A DNA stretch of 64,000 bases from the human T2T-CHM13v2.0 reference genome, Homo sapiens. Position numbers and translations under genes: made by a program. The stretch lies in the NCBI RefSeq assembly GCF_009914755.1, contig NC_060928.1; one strand, written 5' to 3'. The first letter of the stretch is position 1, and every line of letters starts with the position of its first letter. Under the pieces are notes generated by a model. The model saw only the letters and a program-made list of their open reading frames with translations, made no database searches and was not told the origin of the DNA. Positions 40,511-63,654 of this stretch are shown piece by piece.

Positions 40511-41321
40511 GTTCAGATAGTTTATATATGGCGACTAGAAATCTCAGCTTTTATCACATGAGGACTACATTTGGTTTATTTCCAAGGTGTAGGTTAGGAA
40601 CTATGGCAGTAGTGCAGTTGTATAGATGAAAAGCTGATAGCATGGGCAGCCCCACAAGAGTTGCTTTCATTGTTTGTTTCCAGTGGTTGGGATTTTAAGA
40701 ACTACGCAGTGAGCCAAGAATCCTTCACTATTGAGTTGAACCAAATTATTTCAGTACTTAGGATAATTAGCAGAAGCTTTTCCTTTAATAACATCATTTG
40801 GATTGTGCCTCCCTGTATTACCAAGATACTTAAAATGACAAATCATGAATTCCATGCTTCACATTTGAAATATGTAAGATTATTTTCATAATTAAGGAAT
40901 TTCTGAATGAGCTCTCTTTCAAATGCTTTTAAGTTGTAAATAATTCCAAACAGATGTATAGTACCTGAAAGACTCTTAATTAATATAGTTAAGGTATATA
41001 TCCTGGCTGGGTGTGGTGACTCATGCCTGCAATCCCAGTGCTCTAGGAAGCCCAGGTGCACTAATTGCTCGAGCCCAGGAGTTCAAGACCAGCCTGGGCA
41101 ACATGACAAAGTTCATCTCTACAAAAAAAATACAAAAATTAGCCGGGCGTGGTAGCATGTGTCTGTGGTTCCAGCTACTTGGGAGGCTGAGGTGGGAGGA
41201 TTGTTTGAGCCTGGAAGGCAAAGGTTGCAGTGAGCCAAGTTCGGGCCACTGCATTCCAGCCCCTGTCTCAAAAAACAAAACAAAACAAAAAAACAGAACC
41301 AGCCCGTCTCAAAAAAAAAGG

Positions 41322-41382
<61 letters not shown>

Positions 41383-41386
41383 ATAT
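41322..41386. repeat. Interrupted (TG)n microsatellite; a (CA)n tract lies at about 42167-42212
   Basis: Directly visible. Confidence 0.92.
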
Positions 41387-41623
41387 AAAATGTTCTTTAA
41401 TTATTGGCTTTTATATAATTAGTAACTTTTTGGATAATGTCTACCTGTCTGGTTATTTTAAAAACACTTTTAATGGAAAAATGTTATGCTAAAATATGTA
41501 TTTTTTTAATTGGAAAAAATTATTTACTCCTAAATTTAAATGTTATGTATATATTTTAATTAGTCCAGGTAGGTCCTTCAGGGTGGAATATTAACTTCTT
41601 TTTTTAAATTTTTTTTATTTTGA

Positions 41624-41781
<158 letters not shown>

Positions 41782-41843
41782 TAGTAGAGACAGGGTTTCC
41801 CCATGTTGGTCAGGCTAATATTAACTTTTAAATTATGACTTTA

Positions 41844-42231
<388 letters not shown>

Positions 42232-42446
42232 TTAGGAAGATAATTACTCGCAAGGAGAGGTATAACTGGTTTGTGGTGGTGTCTGCCTGGCATTATCTAT
42301 AGATCTTGTTCATGCTATGGATTAGAATCAGTGACTGGAAAACTGTTAAAGGAAAGCTTGCAACAGTTCCTTTATGCGTACTGAGAAGTGAAAGATTTCC
42401 CAAAGCAAGGGTAAACCTACCAACTTTTTGAAGATAGTATTTCTGA

Positions 42447-42781
<335 letters not shown>

Positions 42782-44703
42782 TGATCGGCCCGCCTCAGCC
42801 TCCCAAAGTGCTGGGATTACAGGTGTGAGCCACCATGCCCGGCCGTAAACAGTTAGTTTTTTATAATCAGCCAACAGAAATTAAATCTATCCAATTATTA
42901 ATTATTTTCTAAGTGTTTATAATTCAAGAGTGAGGGAGGAGTGGAATATTTTTTAAGAAGGCCCTTACCTAATCACATGAATCTGTAATTTCTAACTAGT
43001 TTATAGCAAAAGATGTGGAGAATTTGGTATTTGGAATTCCCTGTGATTATTTGTTCCCTTGTAGACCCAGGTGAGATTAATAAAATTGAGAAAAGAAGCC
43101 AACACTCTGAAATTAACCAGTCCTTTTTGATGTGTAGGCCTACCCACATGCCAATCAACATTCAATATCTATAGTCTCCTTATGCTAGTATTATTTAATC
43201 CATTTCCACATATAACTTACCTACTTTCTAAGCTGAGTAAAAAGTTTAAACTGATGACTTTTAAGATATATAAAACAGGCTGAGTACCAGGGTGCACACC
43301 TGTGATCCCAGCATGTTGGGAGGCTGAGGTCGGAAGATTGCTTGAGCCTAGGGATTCAAGACCAGCCTGGGCAACATGGCGAAACTCCAGCTCTAGAAAA
43401 AATTATTAAAATAGCTGATTGTGGTGGTGCACACCTGCAGTCCCAGCTACTGGGAGGTAGAGGTTGGAAGATGGCTTGAGCCTGGGAGGCAAAAGTTGTA
43501 GGGAGTCATGATCGTGACACTGCACTCCAGCCTGGGTGCCAGAGTGAGACACTGTCTCAAGAAAAAAAAAGAGAAAAAGATATAAAACATAGCTAAAATT
43601 GGCAACAGGCTAACATTTTTTTCTTCTTTGAGAACATAATATGTAACTATGCAATTCTTTGTAAAGTACTTTAATAAGTGACAAATTTATTATTGACTTA
43701 GTGAAATAAGTCAGGTATTTTGAAAAGACTTTAGTCAGAAGTGAAATAAAATTTGCAGAGAGAATTTATATAAAAGATTTTTTTGGATTTTCAAATTCAA
43801 TTTCTTTCTTTTTTTTTTTTTTTTTTTTGAAACAGGGTCTCACTCTGTCACCCAGGCTGGAGTGCAATGGGGTTATCACAGTTCACTGCAGCCTGAAGCT
43901 CCCAGGCTCAAGCAGTCCTCACACCCTCACACCTCAGCTTCCCGAGTAGCTGGGACTACAGGCTCATGCCATCACGCTTGGCTAAATTTTTTTGTATTTG
44001 TTGAGATGGGGTTTTGCCGTGTTGCCCAGGCTGGTCTCCAGCTCCTGGGATCATGCGATCTGCCTGCCTTGGCCTCTCAAAGTGCTGGGATTGCAGGCAT
44101 GAGTCACCGTGCTTGGCCTTCAAGTTCAATTTCTAACTAAATAATAGACCTCAAGTTACTTGGAGTAGGAGTGGGGAACCTAATAAATGGAGACTATGTG
44201 GAAAAGATTAAAGGCATGCTATTCGTTTTATCTATCTGCATGGAATAAAAAGAAAATGTTTTTTAAACTCTTTTTTTTTTTCAATGTACCCTAATGATTC
44301 ATGGTCCTTGGTTTTCTTCAAATTGGAGAAATTAGTTCCCAGTATAGTGTTTGACTTTGTTTTCTTTTTTTTTTTTTTTTTTTTTTTTTTGAGATGGGGT
44401 CTTGCTCTGTCGCCAGGCTGGAGTGCAGAGGCGCAATCTCAGCTCACTGCAACCTCAGCCTCTCGAGTAGCGGGGACTACAGGTGTGCGCCACCACACCC
44501 AGCTCATTTTTGTATTTTTAGTAGAGATAAGGTTTCACCGTGTTGGCCAGGATGGTCTCCATCTCTTGACCTTGTGATCTGCCTGCCTCGGCCTGGGGCG
44601 AGTGCTGGGGCGTGAGCCACTGCACCTGGTGGACTTTGTTTTCATCAACTACTACATGTCAGTTTATCTTAGCAAGCTGTTTTATTTGTTTTTGATTCTC
44701 TAG

Positions 44704-44778
44704 TTGTCTGAGGGAAGTCAAAAGCATGCAAGCCTACAGAAAAGCATTGAGAAAGCTAAAATTGGCCGATGTGAAACG
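44704..44778 (+). CDS. MND1: MND1 coding exon 5 (75 nt, phase 0-0): LSEGSQKHASLQKSIEKAKIGRCET
   Basis: Acceptor tttgattctctag and donor gtaagt at 44779. Continues the frame after a 35,648-nt intron; coiled-coil region. Confidence 0.96.
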
Positions 44779-46547
44779 GTAAGTTTGTGTCTATAGATTA
44801 TTTTAATAATGGCAATTCTAAATATTAGAGTAAGCGACACAGAGCTTCCTGTGAGGAGGATGCATTTCTACCAGAAGAGAAGGGGATCATAGCCAAGGAT
44901 AGGAACGTTTGACCTGGTAGGATTCACCAATTGTGAGTCTAGATTTTATTATTATTATATATGGCAGCATAGCATAGAAGCATAAACCCTAGAGCCAGAC
45001 TGCCTGGATTTGAAAGTCTCCTAAATTCTGTTTTCACTTCTCTCTGCTGCAAAATGGGGAATAACAAAATCTGTTATACTTCATTGCGTTATTGTGTGGA
45101 TTAAACTAGTTAATATTTGCAAAGCACCTAGAAGAGGACCTGGTACATGGTAAGCCCTATATAAATGTTTATGTAAATTTTTAAGACTCTTTTAAAAAAA
45201 ATTTTTGCATAGAACAAACTGAAAACTATCAACATAGTATCTTTGGCCTTGTAATATTTTAAAATATTAAAAATAAATATTGACCTACTATTTTATTTTT
45301 TAAAGTACAATATTTTTCTAAGTATTAGGTTAGAGATTTTAAAAGTCATTTCACTTTCTATTTTCATCATTATCTAAACTATAGATTTATGACTTTAAAA
45401 AATATTGAAGATCAACATGAACCACTAAGCATTTCATCCGGGTCTCTATTTGTATCACTTGATTGGGAAAGAAAGCAACTGGAAAACTTGTCACATAGTA
45501 GAAAGGGATATAGCAAAGCTTTACAGTGGCTTTATGCTTTCAAAGTTATTTCACATATATTCTTTTATGTGAATCATCAGCACAGTCACAGATAGGAATT
45601 GGAGAATAGTCATTTCTGAAGAATATTCAAGGAAAAGTAAACTCTGGGCATAACCTGAAGCTGTTCTATTTCCTCTTCAGTTGACAGTAGCAACTACTAC
45701 TTCTTTATTTGTTCCTTTTGTTTGTTTTTTTTAAACACTGGCAATAACTTGTAGAACCACCTTCAACTAATGGTGACATATGCTTGCCCAGAAGTTGTCA
45801 GCCAGTCTACTGTTAATCCACTGGAACAAGTGCATCTTGCGGGGAAAAACCCACTAGCAAACATAGTTGCCGCCTGCAGATATCAGAAGAGTTTAGTGGT
45901 TCAGAAACGTTCCTAAGAAAGATGAAGTCTTGTGCTCATCCTGATCTTACCAGCCAGGACTTTTCAGAGCTACCTAGCCCCTATCTGCTAATTATTCTTG
46001 ATGATGGTGGTGATCCTGCTGCTGGTAAAGAAGAAAAATAGCTAACGTGTATTCTCCTTACTCTGAGCCAGGCAACTGCTGTTCTAAATGGATTTTGTAT
46101 ATTTATTGAATCCTACCAGCAGTCTATGGCGGTGGCTACCGTTACTGTCTCCATTTTGCTTTCAAGGAACTGGAGGCACAAAGAGGCTAAATACTTTGGC
46201 AAAGATCTCAGTGATAGTGATTGTCTAAGATTGTTTCAATGCATGATACCTGGAGAACTATTATTATATTCACATTGGATGTTCACCACTCTGCTTCTCC
46301 TGTCTTTTTTTCTCCTCTTGATTTTGTTTTGTTTTTTGGTTTGTTTTTTAGAGATGGAATATCTCTGTATTGCCCAGGCTGCCCTTGAACTCCTGGGCTC
46401 AAGTGATCCCCCTGCCTCAACCTCCTGAGTAGCTGGTACTACAGGCAGGCACCACCACACTTGGTGACAGTGTTCCTTTTGAAGCATTTTTATTTGGGTA
46501 TTGATGGCAAATAATGACCATCTTCTTATAGTTATTTTAAAATCTCT

Positions 46548-46752
46548 CCTGAGCTGTGCTAATACGATATACACTAACCATGTGTGGCTATTTATATTTA
46601 AATAAAAATTAGCTACAATTAAATTTAGTTTCTCGGTCCCAGTGGCCACATTGCATATATTGAGTAGCCACATGTGGCTAGTAGGTCTTGCAGTGAAGAG
46701 TGCAGATCTAGAAAGTTTTCCTCACTGCTGAGATTCTGCTGGGCCGTGCTGC
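46548..46752 (-). mobile_element. MER3-like hAT-Charlie MITE
   Basis: Internal palindromic tagccacatgtggcta motifs and an AT-rich core; ends about 40 nt before the exon 6 copy. Confidence 0.75.
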
Positions 46753-46793
46753 TTCTGAGCGTGCTGCTCTGTATATGAGTCTCTTGTACAAAT

Positions 46794-46862
46794 GCTAGCA
46801 AAGGAACTCTCTTCACTTTGGAACCAAAAGGAACAGCTAAAAGCAAAGTAGAAAAATACAAA
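46794..46862 (+). pseudogene. Degenerate partial copy of MND1 exon 6
   Basis: Aligns to 47675-47744 with 61/70 identities, 8 transitions and a 1-nt deletion. Reads LAKELSSLWNQKEQLKA before the frameshift. Confidence 0.92.
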
Positions 46863-47660
46863 TAAAAAATACAAGGTAGCTGGCAACCTTACGAGTCGTG
46901 TTAGGCAGTTTGAACTTTACTTGATTTTGCCTCGGATTTATCCTATGATTCTGTACTATAATCTTTGCCAACATTTGGTTTTTGTTTGGGCTTACTTTTC
47001 AGGTTTCAGAAATACAAATTGAATATGTATAGCACTATGACTTCTACCTGCTAGTGAGAAATATGGCTAGACATTTCAAATGGTTTTTATTGGATCATAT
47101 TGTATTTTGAAGCTTTATTCTGGTTTACCTTTAAAGAATAGGTGGTGGGAGGCCTCAAACTACAATTGTATTATTTCTTTAAATGTATATAAAATATAAA
47201 GGATATATTAAAATATTCTTAAAAATTGAAAAATTGTCTAGAACACTTTTAAAGATAATTGTATAATGATCGATGTCTTAAAATGTTACTTACACATATA
47301 GACATAATCTTGTGAAACTACTCAAAAAGTAGTATAATTTTTTTCTGTAACATACAACGACATGGTCATCTTAGAGTTCTAACATGAACCTCCCACCTAT
47401 TTATGAGCATTCCATTCTACATATTAACTCCCATTTAGTTATTCAATATATATAAAAGATACTTGAGATTTCAGGAAAGATGAGAATTGAGCTTATTCTT
47501 ATACTGTGAATATCTGTGTGTGTATACTTATATATATAATGTCAAAAGTCTAATGCACATCATTTATAAGAAATAAAATGAAATTGTTATAAAATGTATT
47601 ACCTTACAACATATAGAATTTTGTTTGTCTTAATTGAACATAAAACTATCTGGAATGCAG

Positions 47661-47775
47661 GAAGAGCGAACCAGGCTAGCAAAAGAGCTTTCTTCACTTC
47701 GAGACCAAAGGGAACAGCTAAAGGCAGAAGTAGAAAAATACAAAGACTGTGATCCGCAAGTTGTGGAAGAAATAC
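47661..47775 (+). CDS. MND1: MND1 coding exon 6 (115 nt, phase 0-1): EERTRLAKELSSLRDQREQLKAEVEKYKDCDPQVVEEI
   Basis: Pyrimidine-poor acceptor tggaatgcag and donor gtaagt at 47776. Heptad coiled coil ending in the conserved DP motif. Confidence 0.96.
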
Positions 47776-47977
47776 GTAAGTTTGTGTCATACCTTAGGGA
47801 TCTTTAACTTTGATAATGAAGAAGACTTTATTTTTCTAGTTGCCTGCTAACTATTCTCCATGTATATGAGAAAATAAAACTAGTTAAGGTAGTATTCTGT
47901 TTGTAGTACTCTAATTTTGTATTTGTAACATAGTAGGAAAATATTGCTTTAGTATTGCCATTAAAAAGTCTTAATGT

Positions 47978-48268
47978 GCCGGGCACGTTGGCTTATGCCT
48001 GTAATTCCAGCACTTTGGGAGGCTGAGGTGGGTGGATTGCTTGAGCTCAGGAGTTCAAGACCAGCCTGGCCAACATGGTGAAATCCCATCTCTACAAAAA
48101 AAAAACACAAAATTAGCCAAGCATGGTGACAGATGCCAGTAGTCCCAGCTACTCAGGAGGCTGGGGTGGGAGAATCCCTCAAGCCCAGGAGGTTGAAGCT
48201 GCAGTGTGCTATACGTGCCATTGCACTCCAGCTAGGGTGACACAGTAGAACTCTGTCTCAAAAAAAAA
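47978..48268 (+). mobile_element. AluJ
   Basis: TSD aagtcttaatgt. Confidence 0.9.
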
Positions 48269-50333
48269 GAGAGAAGTCTTAATGTTAGAGCATTGAACAG
48301 CGACAATTTTGAAATTATAAGCATTTTAAAATTAAGGAAGAAGTGTGGGATAGAAGGATAAAGACATAAAATATAAGGTTAGAGAACTGAGGAGTTAGTA
48401 AAAGAGCTAATTTGGCCTCAAGAACTTTGATTCTGTAAAGAAATCCATCATTATCTTCTAGGAAAAATGATACCATAAGTAGAAGAGTTTGCAAGTTGCA
48501 GAAAATCAGTCTGTACATTGAGTTGCCTTTTAAATATACCAGTCATTTTTTTTTCCTTGTTTTAGACCAGAGTCCCCAGAGCCTTGTTTTGAATAATGTT
48601 TATATTTTTTTAAAGATAGAAATGTGAATATTTAAGGAGATAAAAGAGTGTATTATAAAGGCATAGCATTTAATTGTTTGGGAAAATATTTATAACTTTT
48701 TAAATAATTTTCTGTCTTAGCCTGTCTTTTATTTAGGAAACTTTACCAAGTGAAACTCATAGAAAAACTGATATTATAGTGTGTGATAGAAGGCTTTGAA
48801 AGAAATGGAAAATATTTGGTATGTTAAAATTAACCTGAGGATAGTTTGATTGCAACTAAGCTGGCCTAGTCCTTGGCAGTGGTCTTTACAATTAAAGAAT
48901 TGTAAGCAGTTCAGTTAGTGTAAATCTAAAGTTAAACTTCATTTAAGAGACAGGTCGCTGCTTTGCGCAACTCCAGGAGGCACCATTCACATATATGGAG
49001 TACATAGCCTAGGTGGTGATATGTAGTGCCACTGGTTCAGCTGATTACCCAGGGTGATTTTCAAAGAGAGGTGGAGGCAGAAGAACTCCCTGAGCCAGTC
49101 ATTGTCTGTAAATTAAGTATTTGGGGAGAATGTCAGCTCTTTTATGCTGACCACAGATTTATTTGTCATCATCCTGCAGAAGAAAGTGCTAATCAAATCT
49201 ACACCTACAAAAATAAATACCTTAATCTGTTGGAAAGTTTTAACTAATACCAGGTGATCCTCAGTGAGCACAAGCACATCACAACAGGAGAGTACCTCAC
49301 AGGTAGAAGGTTACTGTTAGGAAGCTAGGCCTGCGTATGATTCATCTTCAAAAGGAAACAGACTGCTTGTTCAGGAGGACTTAGAACATTGTGTACCTTA
49401 TCTAGAGCACCTTCTCATTCTCTTGCAAGAGAACTTCAAGCACAGTTTTCTTAACTAGGTTGAATACTTTCAGGTGATTTATTTTCAGGATAGCATGACT
49501 GTGCCCTCTAGCAGTTCATCATGAAAAATCTGAGTTTCACGATAACCAAATCGGACCCTTCATTTACTCTTACTTGCCTTTTTTCCTGATTTCAGTTTTG
49601 TGTGATTCTTGTACTTTTTCCTTGGTGTGCTACCTCTTTGCTTACCTGTTTCATTCTCTTATATGTCTAGGACCTACAACTCTTAGGTATATCCAAAAAG
49701 ACGTAAGCTTTTCCACTCCATGGTCCCTATTGTACTGCCACAGCTATTTCCATGGGCAGGTGACCCTCACTGACATCACCTCCAATTGACTCCCCAGTCC
49801 TTTTCTTAATTTTGATATATTCTGCCCACTCAGGAATGAATAAAACTCTTATTTAGGCTTACTAAACTACTGTAACCTACACTGATAGTGACCCTGAGCC
49901 AGTGGATCACATTAAGGTTCAGGAAATTAACAGGGATAGGGAATTGTGCCAGACCAATTCATGAAGTGGGGAAAACTTGTATTTTAGGCATGTAATTTAA
50001 GATGTTGCCATTCCTTGTAGGTCTGATTCGAGTAGCACTTTTGGCAAACACATCACCTCTTAGGTAATAAAACTTCAGAAAAGAAGTTCAGGGTATACAA
50101 AGGACGGTGAACTTTCTGGAGGGTGGAATAACACAGTTGAGGAGGCGGCAACTGAAATTTTAAACTGGTTGCCTGCATTCTGCTGTCTATCTTAACCCTT
50201 AAATTTATAACTTTGGTAATTTATTTCCCAACCCAAGGAAAACATGCCATTGTGAATGAGTATTATGAGTATTACAGTATATGAGGTCTCACTGAGAGAA
50301 CAAACCTGAAATTTTCTGTTTTTTCAGTGAGAT

Positions 50334-55475
<5,142 letters not shown>

Positions 55476-55479
55476 GAAA

Positions 55480-58800
<3,321 letters not shown>

Positions 58801-59411
58801 TGCCATCATTGTAAGTAATAGTTAATGCCCCATTAATCATGGCATTGTTACATGCTGTGCAGAGTAACTCGAAGTACATAATATACATACAGATACATTT
58901 GATAGCACGATGTGTATTTAAAGTAAAAGTAAATACTTCCCGCTATGAGATTACTTTCTTATCCCTAAAATTTTTTTTAGAGTCACACTTATTGTGGTCT
59001 TATAATGCCTATATAGTAAAATTCTTATCGTTAAATTTAACTTATTTTGTTGTATTTTGGTATGGTGAGTTGTTTGAAAAACATCTCATTTAAACTTACA
59101 TGTTGTCTTTAAAGGAGCAAGTACAATGATGATGGACACTTAGGAAAGGGAAATTGTTCACTTTGACTTTCCATTAATTACTAATACTACTGCAACTCCC
59201 TAAATTTCCTTGGGAATTTGCAAGAGTTTGTAAAATACAATATTATGTCACTATTTCAGCTTTTTTCATAGCCATTTTATACATAAATTTTATAAAAATT
59301 TTGTTCATATGAAAAAATACAAATGTATACATAGCTAAAGATCATTTTGTGTGTATATATATATATATATATATAAATACATTTCATTTTATATATATAA
59401 TTTTTTTTCAG

Positions 59412-59456
59412 GCCAAGCAAATAAAGTAGCCAAAGAAGCTGCTAACAGATGGACTG
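59412..59456 (+). CDS. MND1: MND1 coding exon 7 (45 nt, phase 1-1): (R)QANKVAKEAANRWT
   Basis: Acceptor tttttttttcag and donor gtatgt at 59457. Contains the conserved AANRWT(DN) motif; the final exon was not found in the window. Confidence 0.96.
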
Positions 59457-60145
59457 GTATGTACTATAATAATGCTGATAAACTATAGCTAAATTCCCTT
59501 CACACTTACTGCGACGTGAAATTCAGATACCTTGTGCTAGCTTTGTTCAAGAAAGGACGTTAATGAAAAATGTATGCATTACTCAAATGTTTACATATTA
59601 AATCATTTCAGTTATTTAAGGTTTTTTTTATAATCTTATGAGTCATTTTGTAAAGCATAAGATATTTTTGTAAAACTAATGATTGCTTCCAGTTTAACTT
59701 TTGTGCAACTTTTCCCAAGATAAGTCACCTGGGCTAATCACTTAACTTTCATATACATTAATGTAAGATACACTTTTAAGATAATGAAATCTTAAAGATT
59801 TATCATCTTGCTAATAATAATAATAATAATAGCTAAGGTTTGTTGAGGACTATTTGCCAGTTACTGTAATGTCTGTGGTTCATTCTCATTTTATCTCCAT
59901 GATAATCTTGAGGTAGATATGATTATTATCCCTAATTTAGGAGACAAAACTAAGACCCTCAGGAGTCCAAGGCCACACATGTGTCAGACAGCAGAACAGG
60001 AATTATAATCCAACTTTTCTGGCTGGACTTAAAATGACTATGTTTAGTCAAAGGCGATTAGTCACTGCAAGAACAGATGCTGGAGCCAGGTTTCTCTGAC
60101 TCCCTGTCCAGGCCTCTGTTTCACACAAAAAATATAATAATTTTT

Positions 60146-61062
60146 TTTCCTACTCTATTTTAGAATTAAATAGACTGGTAAAATCAATATAATTGGCCTT
60201 TCGGATTTTTTTTTTCTGAAATTGCAGTTTTATTTATTACAAAGTTATTTCTTAAGTAAGGTAATGCTTTAGTGATAAGAACAGAGGGTGAAACAGCAAA
60301 CTGACATGAAGTAAGTGTCCCACAAAGTATAAATAAATGTGGATTTTTAGGTTAAAAATAAGATACGAATCCAAGGTGATTTCCCCCAGTATTTTCAACA
60401 AAGAGGCTCAGCACACAGTAGGCACAGGCAGCATGTGTGTGTAGTGGGAGGAACGTGGCTTTGAAGAGAATCCAAGCTATTCTCCTTACTTGCTGTGTGA
60501 CCTCTTGACCCTCTCTCAGCCTACTTCCTCATCTGTTCAATGTGGATAAATAATACCTACCTCCCATTTTGGGAGGATTAAATAAGACAGTTTGTAAGCC
60601 CTTCAGCACCATGTTGGACACGTAGATAAATACTCCCCTTTTCCTTTTCTTCTCTTAAAAAAGTTCATGTTTTCCAATTGATCATAAACTTCCAAAATTA
60701 TAATTGGAAAAACATTTGGAATGGCTTTTTTTTTTTCCTATCCTATTAGCTGCAGAAGAACCTGGGACTTTTAAAACCATGAGGAAGAAAGATATTTTTA
60801 GAACAGCAGAAACAGCTGTTAAGAACCATATTTCCATTTAAAGTTACAACTTACTCCTTCCAGCTTAAACATGTGTTATGCAAAGACAGAGATAAGAGAG
60901 AAAGCATCACACCTCAGAAAACCGCCACCTTCACAACAAACAAAAAGAAAACAGTAATAAGAATTATTTTTTTCCTAGTCTATTTTAGAATTAGGTAGAT
61001 TGGTAAAATCAATATAATTGGCCTTTAGTTTGTTTTTTAATGAAATTGCAGTCTTACTTATC
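60146..61062 (+). repeat. Spaced direct duplication of about 95 nt (about 60146-60240 and 60971-61062)
   Basis: 56-nt core with 52/56 identity, followed by a shared tgaaattgcagt. Confidence 0.92.
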
Positions 61063-61139
61063 ATATAGCTTTTAAAGTTTGTTTTAATATTCATATTAAA
61101 ATTATCATATAGAAAGAAAGTTTGCTTTATTTTTACTTA

Positions 61140-61482
<343 letters not shown>

Positions 61483-62733
61483 TCAACAATTCAGTATCTC
61501 AGTTCTATAGGATGAGATTACCTCAGAGTCTAAGTATAGAAATGCCACATCTAAATGTTTTATGATATTAAATACACTTTAAGTGTGACTTCAATTATAT
61601 CATATGAAACCTTGCTTAATAATTAAGATGGTGAGGTTTTTGTAAACACATATGAGAGGAATCTTAATGAGTGAAGAGGGACAGGTGTTATGAGGGCCCA
61701 ACCTAGATTCATTGCAAATGATATTGCCCATCCTATTCCTATAGGTATCTTTGCTGTGTCACCGTATAAATCAAACAGAAATTCTGCCCGTCTTAAGGTT
61801 GTTTCTTTAAAAGAAAAAAATTATTCTATATCCATTCATAAAAATTTCTACATTAAATAGGGAAATTATTTGACAGAGAATGAACTATCAAGATTCTCAG
61901 TGGCATTTTATCTTGAAGGCCGACATCCAGTGGCTCAAAGAAATGTTTAATCAGAGTCTTCTTTGAATTGGTCCATTAGGCATTGTTGTGGAGAGGTTTT
62001 TATTTGTTCTTTTTCTTGCTTTTAACCTTTAAATGTTTATAATGAAATGGTTTCTTATCCTCCTATGAATCAGGAAATCCTTCCTGTAGAGGCTGTTCAA
62101 TAGTCTTACCCTGGTGCCTCATTCTCATTTCTGATCCAGGTTTGAAGTTTGTTCCCTACAAGCTTCCTACATTGTTGTATCTGTTCTCTCATTTCCTAGA
62201 AATCTTTCTGTATTCATGAAGCCTATCCTGTAAGCTATACACATAAGACTTGGCCTTTTCTCTCTGAGACACCTATCACTTTGTAATTGTTTAGTAATAA
62301 ATTATTTTTTTTCACTCTTATGTCAACTTGAAGGCATAGGTTTTTCACATTCTGTAATACCTGCAGTGCACCTGATACTTGTCTTATGTAGCAGCAGACA
62401 TAACATTTGGATGTGATTAGCAAGAATGTACTGGTTGGGCAGAGACTGGTAAAAATTATCCTAGAATATCTTATGGTGTTATTTTAACATTCTCTCTTAG
62501 GTTGTTAGGAAAAGTAAAGATTCATTTTAGATTGTTACAAAGAGTAAAGATCATTTTAATATCTGTTGACATTCCATAACACTTTGATTGAAAGAAGTTA
62601 ATTTTGTTAACATTATTCTATTTGATGCAGTAGTATTCTCCATAAAATTCATTCCAGAAATGTGTTTATCAATATTTGATACTTGGAAATAAACTTCCAT
62701 AGAAAAAATATTTTAAAAAGTGATGAAACTCCA

Positions 62734-63654
<921 letters not shown>

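Noticed and set aside
60146-61062. CRISPR-like or other prokaryotic repeat-spacer system
   Set aside because: There are only two diverged copies, no cas genes, and the context is clearly primate intronic DNA.
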